Below, piece by piece: positions 14,343 to 27,584 of a stretch of 64,000 nucleotides of DNA. Position numbers and translations under genes: made by a program. Under the pieces are notes generated by a model that had not been told where the DNA came from, ran no database searches, and was given only the letters and a program-made list of their open reading frames with translations. This DNA is from Octopus sinensis. Lineage: Eukaryota. The DNA lies in contig NC_043004.1 in the NCBI RefSeq assembly GCF_006345805.1, forward strand, positions 20,150,001-20,214,000, read 5' to 3'. The number at the start of each line of letters is the position of its first letter. Position 1 is the stretch's first letter.

Positions 14343-14596
14343 GTCCGAAAATGCATCGTATGCAATTATGCACTTTTGCTACAGCATTATTGCATTTTAG
14401 CACCTATTTCTAGCAGTTTAGTTGTCCTGACACCCTTAGTCGCATTTAGTGACAAAGTATATTTTTTCTTTTACAGTAACACGTTGAGCATGGCTGTTTA
14501 TACACACATACACGCATATATGTTCGACTAGAATACATATAAAAATAGATCTAAATGAGGTCAAAACAAAAGTACTCAATCTCACGAGAGTCTATT

Positions 14597-14762
14597 AGTA
14601 ATGGAATTTATATATTCTCACCTGTATCTGCTACCATTATTTTCACGCCCACATGTGTACGGTCTTCAGGTGAATGACTTAGTCATTCCCCTGAAGATCG
14701 TACATATGAGCGCGTAAAACCAATGGTAGCAGATACAGGTCAGTAATATGAATTCTATTACT
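14597..14762. repeat. ~165-bp imperfect palindrome with a 1-nt centre
   Basis: gaatgact-t-agtcattc centred at 14680; arms pair out to agtaatggaatt/aattctattact. Confidence 0.85.
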
Positions 14763-14773
14763 ACAAATACAAT

Positions 14774-14859
<86 letters not shown>

Positions 14860-14866
<7 letters not shown>

Positions 14867-15277
14867 TAAATCCCCAAACAAAAGAAAACAAACGCAAGAA
14901 AAGAACAACACGAGGACGTGGTACATGTAAAGTATTAACAGACGCTCAGGGAAGGAAAGAAGATGGCTTAACATTTCGGGCAACGCTCTTCTTCTGAACA
15001 GAGGAAAATCCACTAGAAAGGAAGACGGAGGAAGAAAATCGTCCATATATATATATATATATATAATTACTCGATAAAATTGTGTCTTTACCAACAAATA
15101 AACTATACCTTAGGATGCATCTAGAGAAAGTAAGATTGCGTTAAGATATCTGGCATATTTTATAAATATACCTGTTCAAGTATGATAATAGCATGAAAAT
15201 ATTAGTAGCTCTTTCGGTTGTATATTTTAATTGTGATATATATATATATATATTATATATATATATATATTATATAT

Positions 15278-15323
<46 letters not shown>

Positions 15324-15690
15324 TAAATCCCCAAACAAAAGAAGAACAAACGCAAGAAAAGAACAACACGAGGACGTGGTACATGTAAAGTATTAACAGA
15401 CGCTCAGGGAAGGAAAGAAAGATGGCTTAACATTTCGGGCAACGCTCTTCTTCTGAAACAGAGGAAAATCCACTAGAAAGGAAGACGGAGGAAGAAAATC
15501 GTCCATATATATATATATATATAATTACTCGATAAAATTGTGTCTTTACCAACAAATAAACTATACCTTAGGATGCATCTAGAGAAAGTAAGATTGCGTT
15601 AAGATATCTGGCATATTTTATAAATATACCTGTTCAAGTATGATAATAGCATGAAAATATTAGTAGCTCTTTCGGTTGTATATTTTAATT

Positions 15691-15750
<60 letters not shown>
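14860..15750. repeat. Near-identical ~460-bp tandem duplication (pseudo-LTR unit with degenerate minimal hammerhead plus a foldback arm)
   Basis: taagtaaatccccaaacaaaag...ttgtgatata occurs at ~14862 and ~15320. Confidence 0.85.
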
Positions 15751-15753
<3 letters not shown>

Positions 15754-15819
15754 GCATGAAAATATTAGTAGCTCTTTCGGTTGTATATTTTAATTGTTAT
15801 ATATAATATATATATATAT

Positions 15820-16395
15820 ATAACAATTAAAATATACAACCGAAAGAGCTACTAATATTTTCATGCTATTATCATACTTGAACAGGTATATTTATAAAAT
15901 ATGCCAGATATCTTAACGCAATCTTACTTTCTCTAGAAGCATCCTAAGGTATAGTTTAATTGTTGGTAAAGACACAATTTATCGAGTAATTCATGGCATA
16001 TAGATTCATAATAGTGTGTATTACTTTTTGAAAAATCTTTAGAGTTACTCAACTTTACGTGGCTATACGCCAAACAATGTGGAAACTGAATTTTCAGTAG
16101 AAACCCATGTGTGTATTTGGAGGTATATACACATAGCTTCTACATTGTTTGGCGTATAGCCACCTAAATTTATATGACTACTGATTCTCCCAAAATTTAT
16201 ACACACTATTATGTATCTATATCCTATGGATTACTCCCTAAAAATGTAGCCATACTAACAAATAAAGTATATCTTAGTATGCTTCTTGAAAATATAATAT
16301 TGCTTTAAGATATATGGAATATTTCATAAATATGCCTGTTCAAGTATGATACTAGCTTGAAACTATTAGTAGCACTTTTGGGTGTGTGTTTAAAT
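15820..16395. mobile_element. ~575-bp diverged foldback (palindromic MITE-like) element
   Basis: gtggctatacgccaaacaatgt/acattgtttggcgtatagccac, ataatagtgtgta/tacacactattat and atcatacttgaacagg/cctgttcaagtatgat pair around a centre near 16110. Confidence 0.75.
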
Positions 16396-16588
16396 TGTTA
16401 ATTATCTCAGACTGGATGGAGTACTTTTTTTGTTGATTCTACTTCTATTGGAACTTTAAACTATATATATATATATAAGTCCTCACAGTGTAAGGGCTCT
16501 GGATGTCCAGAGAGAAGTTTATAAAAGGGCCTTCATAGATCCTTATCCAAAACACACATTTTTTCTCTCCTTATTTTTTCTGTGTACC

Positions 16589-16622
16589 TTTCTGTAGAAG
16601 AGCGTAGGCTCGAAACATAAAA
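16589..16622 (+). ncRNA. Degenerate minimal hammerhead-like motif (variant core CUGUAGA)
   Basis: ttt CTGTAGA A GAGC gtag GCTC GAAAC ATA aaa. Confidence 0.35.
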
Positions 16623-16700
16623 GACTTTTCTATTCCTGAGCGTTAAACTAATACATCTGTTTGTTTTGTACACCACCTCTCTTCGTGTTTTTTTTCGTAA

Positions 16701-16729
<29 letters not shown>

Positions 16730-16736
<7 letters not shown>

Positions 16737-16982
16737 TGCCCCTTTAAAAGCCTAACTAGGCTCATGTGCCCGGTTTCCCGGTTTCAATGGTGTATGTGTT
16801 CCCCGGTTGGACGGGACGCCACTCCATCGCAGCCGTACTCATTTTTTGCCAGCTAAGTGGACTGGAGCAACGTGAAATGAGGTGTTTTGCTCAAGAACAC
16901 AAGGCGTCACCCGGTCCAAGTATTGAAACCACAATCTTACGATCATAATGCTGACACCCTAACCACTAAGTCATGCACCTCC
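16730..16982 (-). mobile_element. tRNA-derived SINE (family C)
   Basis: Minus strand starts ggaggtgcatgacttagtggttagggtgtc (A-box-like), then gtggtttcaatac (B-box-like), then ttcttgagcaaaacacctcatttcacgttgctccagtccac. Confidence 0.7.
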
Positions 16983-17026
16983 ACACACACATATATATAT
17001 AGAGAGATAGATAGATAGATAGATAG

Positions 17027-17075
<49 letters not shown>

Positions 17076-17166
17076 TAGTTGTATACATATCTGTATTACC
17101 TTCGTGTATATATGTGTATTTATGTATATACACGCGTATATATGTCTACACACGCACACACACACA

Positions 17167-17246
<80 letters not shown>

Positions 17247-17249
17247 GCA

Positions 17250-18739
17250 CATATGTCGAACAGCCTTTTCTTTTATATACAGACACTTTTCAAGATATCT
17301 ATTTTTATTTTGAATTTTCCATATTTGCTAATTAGCTTTTTACAGTTACTTTGGAAGTGTGAAGTTCCTAAATCTATATCCGACGTTTTTAGCCTTTCCG
17401 TGTCTCATCAAGAATTGAAGTGTATAGATTTGCTACTTGTGTCTATTGTTATATACTGATTGAAACTGGTATACATTTTCCCGCCAAAAGTTCATTGACC
17501 GTTAGCATTCGTGTTGATCTGTTATTTATTGTTGGTGAAAATTTAACTGCTAAGAGATTTTTTTCTCTCAGCAGCTATATGTAAATTCTTTGATGTGTAT
17601 GATGCGTGTTAATTTTGACATTGCATTGCGACATATGTGTACTCTCTTTAATAAATATTTTCCTCTTGTATGGAATTTAACAAGAAGGTAACTATTTTCC
17701 ACTATTACTTTTATATTTAATTTCGTCTTGTGTTACGTGGTTTAATGTGCAATTGCACCATATTGCGCCTGTATAGCGAGTCTACGTGAGGGAGAGTTGT
17801 ACTGGTCTATCCGATGTAACAGTATCCTGAGGTTTGCAAATTTAGGATTTACAATCGAATTTATAGATGACGTTGGTCGACCGCACTTTGTTCCTGACCA
17901 CGAATTTTTGTAGTATGTTATTGATAGGTATTTTTGTAGTTTATCAACTTGAAGTTTACGGTTGAGTGTGATGCAATTTGTGCCTCTGTGTAAGTACATA
18001 CTTTGGTTTAAATATTTCGAATATACTTGAGTTCTTCTGTTCTTTTTGTTTTCTATGTTTATATTTATAAACGGAGTCTCATTATTCAGGATGCTAAATT
18101 TTAGTCCACAGTAGTGTCTCAAGTCTCCCTTTAGGTTCTCAATTTCATTAAGTGTATTCATTATAACTATTACATCATCAATGCATCTAGTGCATATATA
18201 AGTTTATGTTTTGGAATCATTGTTTGCTATTGTTACAAAATGATGCAAACGTAGATCTTAGGGAAACTCGTAGCTACTCCTTTTTATTTGGATGAGATAC
18301 CCTATGTCCAGCGAAAAGACACTTCATTCGTGCATATCATAATTAGTTTTTTTTTCCGTGTTTGCTGATTTAGAGAGTGTTTTTATGTATGGTTGTTGAT
18401 ATAAGTTAATTAAAATGATTTCTATAATTTCTGTCTCTAGAAACTTGAACAATTTTTCGTAATCTAAGGTTAAAGAGGTACCTAATGTATTAGTTTCTTT
18501 TAAAATTTGTAAAAATTCATCAGATAACTTTATTCAGTATTTTTTGGAGTCTATTTTAAGATAATCCTATGTATTTGTTTATTTGTTTCGGCGACTGGAA
18601 GTTGGCATGTATATTTGTGTTATTCTTAGATTAGGTGTGCTTGTGCGCACGTGTTTTCAGTATTTTTTACTGTGATTTGTGTGTATGTGTGTATATATTC
18701 ATATGCATACATACATACATACACACACATACACACACA

Positions 18740-18785
<46 letters not shown>

Positions 18786-18843
18786 CACACATACACACAC
18801 ATATATATATATACCAATATATATATACCAATATATATATATA

Positions 18844-18900
<57 letters not shown>

Positions 18901-19650
18901 CCCCACCGCTCGTTTTCTCTCTTTCTCTCTCTCTTTCGTGATATATATATATATTCTCTTTCAATGCGTGGAAAATGAGGTGATACTATTTGTGGATTTA
19001 TTATTGAAAATAATTTAATTTTCCTTTTAGCTGCTTTGTGTTCTTTTCTTGTTTGTTAATCTTTTTGTCTCTGGGTAAATTAATCACTTTTGTATTGTAT
19101 TCTTCTGTATCCATGATTACAAAGTATTACTTTTGTAACTCTTACTCTTGTTTATGTTGTATTCTTTCAAGTCCTGTGGTGCTTTAAAAAAAATTTTTAT
19201 TCAGTTATTTGTTATTTTGTGAGACTCTACTGTTATTACATTCCTCCTGAAGTAGGTCTTCATGATTATCATCTACGCTGATGATGTTTTTTCTCTTTCA
19301 TTTTTTTAAAGTTTCTGGTATCGTTGCTTGATTTTAACTTTCTTGTTTACGTGGTGTTTCGGTTGTAGGTGGAAGTTGATACTAACATTGAGGAGTGTGA
19401 TTTAGTCAGTGTTGTGTTCAAGTTTAGACAGGTTGATAAATGTGCTTTATTACGCGAGTAGAGTGGTAAAAATATTTGCTTGCGTCTTCTGTCAGCCTCA
19501 CGTTTCTTGACCAATGGTTTCTTGTAAAATTGCAAAATCAACTGAGGTTTTCTCTTTGACTCACACAGTAGTAACTAAACAGTGGAAGTTGCCTTCTACA
19601 AATTAATGGCCTACTTCTATCCACTTAACAACTCCTACTCATACTCATTT
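17250..19650 (-). pseudogene. Decayed Penelope-like element RT, interrupted by microsatellites at 18630-18960
   Basis: Minus-strand fragments: VIMDTEEYNTKV..L..D (~19150), SDEFLQILK (~18520), TRCIDDVIVIMN (catalytic YxDD position, ~18170), LKFSILNNETPFINI (ORF 17742-18161). Confidence 0.7.
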
Positions 19651-20460
19651 GACACCACCTTTCATTCCTCCTTTCACTTCTATGCTGAAACAGTATTCAC
19701 ATCCAACCTAAATACTACACATTGAATATATATGTAAGCACAGGATGTATGAACAGGGACCTCATATCCTTCTGTAGGCCTATATCATTCTTGTCATCTT
19801 CCACAACACGAAAATAGTATTGAATACCACCCAACTTAAGCAAAGATATTACGAATCTAGAACTTTCACGGTCACTTCAAAAAGAGGACCCCGTGTATCT
19901 AAAGATATTTTCTGATCTGCACATTTACCTAAAATATCTCCTGATCTTAAACAAAATTACAACAAAGACTAGTATTTCTCTTTAAAACTAGAATTTACAC
20001 CTCCTATCAAGAACTAGTAACTCTCTCAATGGCTCAGGTGAGGCCCACAATAGATTATACCTCCCACATGTAGAACAGTGCTACTACTACCGCTGCTATA
20101 ATGGACAGCGTCTGAAGAAATGTCACCTAATTAAATGGCATGTAATTGTTCAACACAGTCCGATCTCTTGCTCTCAGACGAGATATTTTCTATGATGGCC
20201 TATTCCACTTCTACTGGTGTGACAGCTTTTCTTCAGAACTTTTTTGCTTTATACCACTTTCACTCAGGAACTATCAAGTTGCTAGTCCATCATAACATCA
20301 CATGCTTTGCGTTTGTACACTGTGTTCCAGACTAGCACTAGCCAATGTGTTCAATCCTTCCTCACAAGATCTTCGACCTACAAGAATCTTCTCGTTGCAT
20401 AATTTTTTTGTTCCGCCGTTGCCGATATGCTACATTTTAAAAGAAAAATATAGCTCCAAG
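19640..20460 (+). pseudogene. Old CR1/Jockey-group LINE RT C-terminal remnant
   Basis: LVTLSMAQVRPTIDYTSHM (~TLYKAQVRP.LEYCSH.W) and SLALRRDI, broken by stops and frameshifts. Confidence 0.55.
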
Positions 20461-20682
20461 ACCTGCAAATGTTTTGAGCTAAGCTCCTACATTCAGACAA
20501 AGCCTGCCCCACCTCACAACTACACACATGTACATACACATGCACGCACTCGTGCATTGATTGACTGGGTTACGATTGTCAAGAATCTATCAATAAGTGT
20601 TAATTTATTGGTACAGCCTCTCTCTCTCACTCTCTGTTAGTCTGTCTGTCTCCTTCAAGAATTAAATATAAATACCTCAAAG

Positions 20683-20716
<34 letters not shown>

Positions 20717-21637
20717 GCAAGAGAACCTACTGCCAATCTCTTTGCATATATAATGTGGAAGTAAACATGAATAAGAAAGAAAGAGTTTCACTGACGTTCG
20801 TCATTGACAGAATAATAACTATTTTAATGACTGTTTAGATGTCATTAGTTACCATAATTTGATTATTTTATAAAACAAAGAGCTTATCAGAGAAAGTAAA
20901 ACTCTCTGATGATTTATGAAAAAGAAAATCGAATTTATAAGAAAAAAGAAGAAAAGAAAGAAACAAGTAAATTTTACTTAAATACCAATATGTACGCTAA
21001 CAGCGCGTTAAATACTAATGTAGTGCGACACCATACGTGTCGATAAATTCTAAATAACTTCTTTATAATTATCAGTTGTTGACATAGACTCAGTATTAAT
21101 TTCATTGGTGTGGTGAGATATATGAATATAGTCAAAGACAATTTCTATTGGAATATCTGACTGAATGAATTTTCTATTTCTGTGGTCAAAATTTGTGGTG
21201 TCATAATGATTAGGGTCGCCAGTTCTAGTGATACAATCTGTGTTGTCACAATTAATTTGCATAGAAACAGGCTTAATATTTACGATATTCAATACATCCC
21301 AGTAGTAAATGTATTCGTACGTAAATGATTAGAATCAGCGTCTATTATTATTATTATAACATTTTTCATAAGTAGCTCTAGGCAACTTCCTCTCTTCATG
21401 AGGTAAATTCGAGTAGACAGTCGTGAAAGTCCGGTTTAACTTGGATACGTCCGGCAGAGAGAGAGAGAGAGAGAATGAGAGAGAGAGAGAATGAAAGAGA
21501 GAGAGACAGAGTGGGGTTCTGCGTTTTAATCAATAGTCTGTTTACTCAGTGGGACTGGATGCAATAAAGTACACAGGGAACTTATTCCTTAATTATCCTC
21601 GCAAAACGCTTTCTCGGTATCTCTCTCTCTATCTATC

Positions 21638-21691
<54 letters not shown>

Positions 21692-21869
21692 GTCACGTTT
21701 CTCTGTTTTTTTCGTTGTTCGAAAAATAAGTTCGTTTCTATGTTTTTGGTTTTATGTTTTCTTTTCGCATTGTCTTCAACGTTCTTTTGATGTTCTGTAC
21801 ATATATATATGTAAGTATGTACATATATGTATGTATATATGCATATATTTATATATTATTTATATTATA

Positions 21870-21947
<78 letters not shown>

Positions 21948-22362
21948 ATGTGTGTGCATTATGTGTGTATGTATATATACATATATATATATGTGTATAT
22001 ATATATATCTTTATTTGTGAATTAAAGCTCTCATTGGTTTCATGTTAAGAAAAGTAGAAAAATATCCTAATGTCTTAACAATTTTTCAAGACAATCATAT
22101 GATTGTTAAGACACTAGGATATTTTTTTCTTTTCTAACATGAAACCAATGGTAGCCTTATTTCACAAATGAAGAAATAACCCTCAATGCGGTGTAGAGCA
22201 CTTATTTTCATCGTTCGACATTTACGTATGTGTGTGTTTGTATACATATACACACATATATCGCCAGCATGGTAGCAGCTTTGAGATGAACATGATAAAA
22301 AATAGAAGAATATATGTATATTTATGTATATATGTATATGTGTGTGTGTCCCCCTCCTTCTC

Positions 22363-22417
<55 letters not shown>

Positions 22418-22455
22418 GTGTGTATGTATGTATATATTATATATACATATATATA

Positions 22456-22505
<50 letters not shown>

Positions 22506-23447
22506 ATGTATATAAGCGGCTTTTTCCTTTCTTCCCTCTGTCTCTCCTTCCCTTTCTTTTTCCTCTGTTATAAGAGGTAAAAACAAAAAGAAAAATCGAT
22601 TGCATTTAATTTTTATGTTTAAATGACTATAGACTAATTTCAGGATCTCGAGTTATGTAGTGCTTAGGAGCTCTGAACAATTACGAAATGGTCCTATCCA
22701 CGAGTACTGGAACGGCTAATAGCAAAAAGATAAAGATACAATCAGGAAATATATAAACTGAGATGCTGTTCCCTCCCCTTAAGTAACTCACTCTCCCACT
22801 ATCACCCCGTAAGCAGCTGTAAGTATCAGCAATTTCCAAGTAAGCAATCACGTGTAAATATATATGCAAATATGGTGTCCCTCAAAAATGTATATAGTCG
22901 TTGAAGGATTATAAAGTCAGTGTTTATTGAAATACGTTTCATTTTCAATATGTAACAGAATCTATTGAAGAATTTTATTCTTTTATGAATTTAATTCTTC
23001 CACAGCTGTTTTGGTGCAGGCTTTGCTGATAACGCGGAGCAGTGGAGTCGCAATCAAGAAATATAATTTTTCTGTTTTTGTGTACATTCTTGTTCAATAA
23101 CAACTCTCCATTTATCGACTTTTAACCGTTGCCTTTATCTTTATTGCCATAGAAAATGAAGCACCCAGTAAGAACAACTGTTGTGGTTACTTTTTCCATT
23201 TAATTTAAGTGTAACCTCATCACGTAAATCAATCTGCATTTTCTGTTCATTTCGTCAAGAATCACTCGTCCTGGATCAACTTCAGTGATAACATGAACTG
23301 TTCTTGGAATGTGACTTTCCAATGACAGAACTGCTAAATGCTATGGACATTTAATTTCGAAATGCTTATCTCATGATTCTTGCAGCACAGATTCTTTTTA
23401 TGTCTGGCAAATTAAGTCCTAGTACTCTTTCTTAATGTTTAGGGTAC

Positions 23448-24584
23448 ATGGAATTGTTCGATGTATCGATACGATCGTATGACAGTGCGGACATCTGCGA
23501 TCATGTAAGTCTCATCGTTTTATTGGACTTTGCCAAAGCTTTTGACTCGGTAAACCACCGCCTATTACTTGTCAAGCTTCAAGCATATAGTTTCCATCTG
23601 GATATTGTACGATGGGTTGGTGCCTTCCTCTCAGATCGCTCCTTCCATGTCCAAGTTAATGGTTCGCGGTCCGACGTCTCCAGTGCCAGCAGTGGCGTGC
23701 CTCAAGGTTCAGTGCTTGAGCCCTTATTGTTCTTAGTCTTCATAAATGACTTGCCCGACGATCTCACGCAACACACCCTTCTATGTGCCGACGATGTCAA
23801 ACTGGTCGCTCTTCGCGGTGATACAGAGGATCTTCGTCGATGCCTCCACCAAATTTGGAGGTGGTGTAACGAATGGGACCTGTGTATGAACGTGTCAAAG
23901 TGCTGTCATCTGCCTGTTGGCTCTCCTCCTGCAACTCAACTTGATTTCGAGCCGGGTCGTCTGCTGCTGGAGAGGACCGATCAGGTAAAGGACCTGGGTA
24001 TCTTGGTGGATTCCTCCTTTTCGCCTTCGGCCCAGTGCGTCCATGCTGCCAACAAAGCACGCGGAATTCTGTTCTTGATTCGACGGTCATTCGGAATGCT
24101 CACAGCAGCCATATTCCTACCACTCTATGTCACGCTGGTGAGACCCATATTGGAGTACGGGATTCAAGCCTCTTCTCCTTATCTCCTCAAAGACATACAG
24201 TATCTCCAAAGAGTCCAGAAGCTGGCTACCCGCATGGTTCATGGTCTCAAGAATTTGTCTTATGAAGAAAGGCTGAAGACGCTCGACCTTTATTCTCTAG
24301 AAAAACGCCGCCGCCGTGGTGATCTCATTCTCGCTCACAACATCATAAGCGGAAAGTGTAACCTCTCGAAAGAGCTGTTCTTTACTCCTGCTCCAGAGCG
24401 TCGGCTGCGGGGTCATTCCGAGAAGCTCTACCTGCGACGATTTCATCTCAAACGAAGGAGAGGAGCTTTCTCCGTCCGGGTTGCGGATCCGTGGAACAAG
24501 CTGCCAGACGAGATGGTGAAGATGCCGACGACCGCTTTGTTCAAAGTCTCCCTTGACCTCAAGTGGCCTGAACTCTTTACATGA
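23448..24584 (+). CDS. LINE reverse transcriptase (5'-truncated; catalytic YADD reads CADD)
   Basis: 378-aa ORF with LDFAKAFDSV, SGVPQGSVL.PLLFLVFINDL, CADDVKL, VKDLGILVD, WNKLP; the first ~20 aa probably come from flanking DNA. Confidence 0.85.
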   Translation: MELFDVSIRSYDSADICDHVSLIVLLDFAKAFDSVNHRLLLVKLQAYSFHLDIVRWVGAFLSDRSFHVQVNGSRSDVSSASSGVPQGSVLEPLLFLVFINDLPDDLTQHTLLCADDVKLVALRGDTEDLRRCLHQIWRWCNEWDLCMNVSKCCHLPVGSPPATQLDFEPGRLLLERTDQVKDLGILVDSSFSPSAQCVHAANKARGILFLIRRSFGMLTAAIFLPLYVTLVRPILEYGIQASSPYLLKDIQYLQRVQKLATRMVHGLKNLSYEERLKTLDLYSLEKRRRRGDLILAHNIISGKCNLSKELFFTPAPERRLRGHSEKLYLRRFHLKRRRGAFSVRVADPWNKLPDEMVKMPTTALFKVSLDLKWPELFT

Positions 24585-24664
24585 ACACCACCCTGTACTT
24601 AACTCCATGTCCCCCTACATGGCCTTGCTATTTGCTTTTGAGCCAAATTAACTAACTAACTAAC
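23510..24664 (+). mobile_element. 5'-truncated CR1/Jockey-group LINE with (CTAA)n tail
   Basis: RT ORF to 24584, short 3' UTR, then taactaactaactaac at ~24648-24664. Confidence 0.9.
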
Positions 24665-25034
24665 ATATACCTTGAGATCCAAGTTCCTATTCCACGATGT
24701 TGGTATATACTGCGATGATGAGTGTGATGGTCACATTCCCGATAAATTTGAGAGAAAACTCATCGCTACCTTTATTCAATTATGCTTCAGAATCGTAGTT
24801 ACTACTAATGTGTTGGGAGACGATCTTTTAGTCAATCATTTAGACCTAAAATGTCGGTGTTATAAACCGTTCCACAAGTTTGGTATTTACATAATCTTGT
24901 TGATATTTACATACTATTGCTGTGTGTTTAGTATTCCAACCTAACGAAGTGTCTCAATTTACGTACCGAATTCAACTGAATCTTATATAGTTTTAAATAT
25001 CGATAGATAAGTATATATATATATATATATATGG

Positions 25035-25091
<57 letters not shown>

Positions 25092-25329
25092 TGGATGGAT
25101 GGATGGATGGATGGATGGATAGATAGATAGATATGCTAGCTTAGAGAAGAGGTATTTATGTTAGGCGTGAAGCGGGTAGAGGGAAAAGTAGCATTGCTGT
25201 ATGATTGATTATTAGCTGAATGAACCTTATTTAGATGCTGTCTTGACTGCTTGTGTTTTAAAAGAAATGTACACTTAATGGAACAATATTCCGATGTAGG
25301 AATGAATTTGTGGTTGAATGCTAACATCT

Positions 25330-25497
25330 TTTCTTGCACTTAATTTCGGGGTGGGGGTATATCGCTCACATAAACCCCAGGATGAAAGGATGAAAGGCAA
25401 AGTTGATACGGAGGCAATTATACTCAGAACAGTCGGGAGAAATGCTGACACACATTTTGTTCGGCGCGATAATGATTCCACCAACTCGCTGCCTTAA
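25330..25497 (-). mobile_element. SINE family A copy
   Basis: ggatgaaaggcaaagttgatacggaggc...ttccaccaactcgctgcc. Confidence 0.65.
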
Positions 25498-26209
25498 TGT
25501 ATTCGGTAATGTTAATATAAAATAACAATGAAATTAAGGTTATTTCAAACGGATTGAATATTCAATGTAAGGATATTAAAATACGATATATATTGAATAC
25601 ATTTAAAATTTAACGAGTTGGTAGTGAAGAAATGTGGAATATTTTTGTTAATAGATTCTGATTGAAATACAATAGAGATAATTTGAAATACAATGCAAGG
25701 TAATTTACATTTTCTTGTCGGAGTTTGTAAAATAAATCACAATAAAAATAAATAACAAATACCAGTTTTTCATTTATCTATCGTCCTTCCTCAAAAACTG
25801 TTGACATGGAGTCAATGGTAGAATTGCATGTAAAGATTAATGTATATCAAGTGATTGAGGCTCGCGGTATAATTTCAATCGTATATTATAAACTATCCTA
25901 TTCACCAAAGATTAGACGATTTTGAGGAAAGCACAGATTTCATAGCATTCCCCAATTCATCTCAATCATGGGTCTAAATCCTTGGAGATCTATGTAATGA
26001 ATTTGTTATTAAAGAGCAGATTACTAAACGGAGACTACTCCATTCTCATTCACATCAACTTTTGTCATCTCAGTTCTAGTTTAGCCATTATAACTGTTGT
26101 GCATGTATGTGTGTACATAGAATGCATACATGCATTTGATACTCACATACACAGACGCACTCATATAATGTATAAATGCGTATGATACATACTTTTCTGT
26201 CTTTCAATG

Positions 26210-26240
<31 letters not shown>

Positions 26241-26252
26241 TATATATATATA

Positions 26253-27096
26253 CTAGCAGAATTGCCCGGCGTTGCTCGGGGCTGAATTGCTTGAAAGTAC
26301 TGTTAATGATTGCACTGAATTATGATGATTATTCAGGCAAATATTGATATAAGCTTACGGTGGGAGATAAGGACTTAACGATCAAACGTGTGCCATTGCA
26401 TTATTTTGGGGGAACCAAATTTCTGATGAGCATTATAGGGGCACCAACTTTAAGTTTGAGAAAGTGTGGTGGTAGTCCGGGGTGCTCAAAGGAATTGAGT
26501 ACCTCTATTGGATAGTTGATGACGTCCTCTGGGTCAGGAGTTGTATCGATAGACTGATATACATAGACTTCCCCAGGAATGAGTTTTAGCATTTCATCAT
26601 TAATATGGTGAACAGTTTTATTCCTCGGGGCCAGTATAGCCTTTTTGCCAATCCAATCCATATTCTGATAATTAGCTTGTAGATCTGGGAACACTGCATC
26701 TCTGAGATCAGAAGGCGTCTTAACAATGGTACAAATGGAATCGATGGCAATATTACCATTTTCATCCCCTGGTATTTTGCCTTCGCCAAGTGGAAGGAGG
26801 GTGTGAGAAAATGCTGCTGATGTGATATTACGTCGCATATGAGCACGCATATTGGTGTGAAGTTTGAGAGTTACTTCCGTTTATTTTTAAAAATATGCAT
26901 TAAAATGGAAAAAAATGATGGTAAATTATTTGTAAATCATAGACTCATCGTAGACGCGCGCTAATACCCAGAAGGGCTCGATATGAATCACGACTATAAG
27001 ATACCCGGTTTTGGTTAAACTGCATCGCAAAATGTGGGAGTAGTTAGGAATCTAAATCGGAGTAGACAGACACACAACCTTTCTTTTATATATAAA
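26253..27096 (-). mobile_element. Internally deleted Helitron carrying a PIF1-helicase fragment
   Basis: Minus-strand 5' tttatatataaaa; 3' cccgagcaacgccggg hairpin plus CTAG|T; ORF 26401-26850 has AILAPRN, INDEML, YQSID, LNSFEHPGLPPHFLKLKVGAPIMLIRNL followed by CNGTRL. Confidence 0.9.
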
Positions 27097-27097
27097 T

Positions 27098-27580
27098 ATT
27101 TTCGTCCTAAAAAACTTTGTATGTATTGAATGGTTACCTCTATGGAAATATATACACGCACATTATACATACATGTGTGTATAGATGAATATATAAATAC
27201 ATTTAAATATCTATATACACTTTTGGGCGATCTTTCTGTTTCTTAGAGATAACTTTAGATCTTATTTTCGTGCTAAAAAACTTTGTATGGAGTGAATGGT
27301 TACCTCTATGGAAATACATACACACACGTTATACATACATGTGTGCATAGATGAATATATAAATACATTTATATATCTATATACACTTTTGGGCGATCTC
27401 TGTGCTACTTAGAGATAACTTTAGATCTTATTTTCGTCCTAAAAAACTTTGTGCGGAGTGAATGGTTACGTGTATGGAAATATATACACACACATTATAC
27501 ATACATCTGTGTATAGATGAATATATAAATACATTTAAATATCTATATACACTTTTGGGCGATCTTTCTGCTACTTGGAT
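27098..27580. repeat. ~165-bp minisatellite, 3 copies
   Basis: ttttcgtcctaaaaaactttgt...cacttttgggcgatct recurs three times; a fourth unit start follows at ~28045. Confidence 0.85.
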
Positions 27581-27584
27581 ATAG

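Noticed and set aside
16930-16982. tRNA gene
   Set aside because: The A/B-box-like head continues into SINE body sequence and no complete cloverleaf forms.
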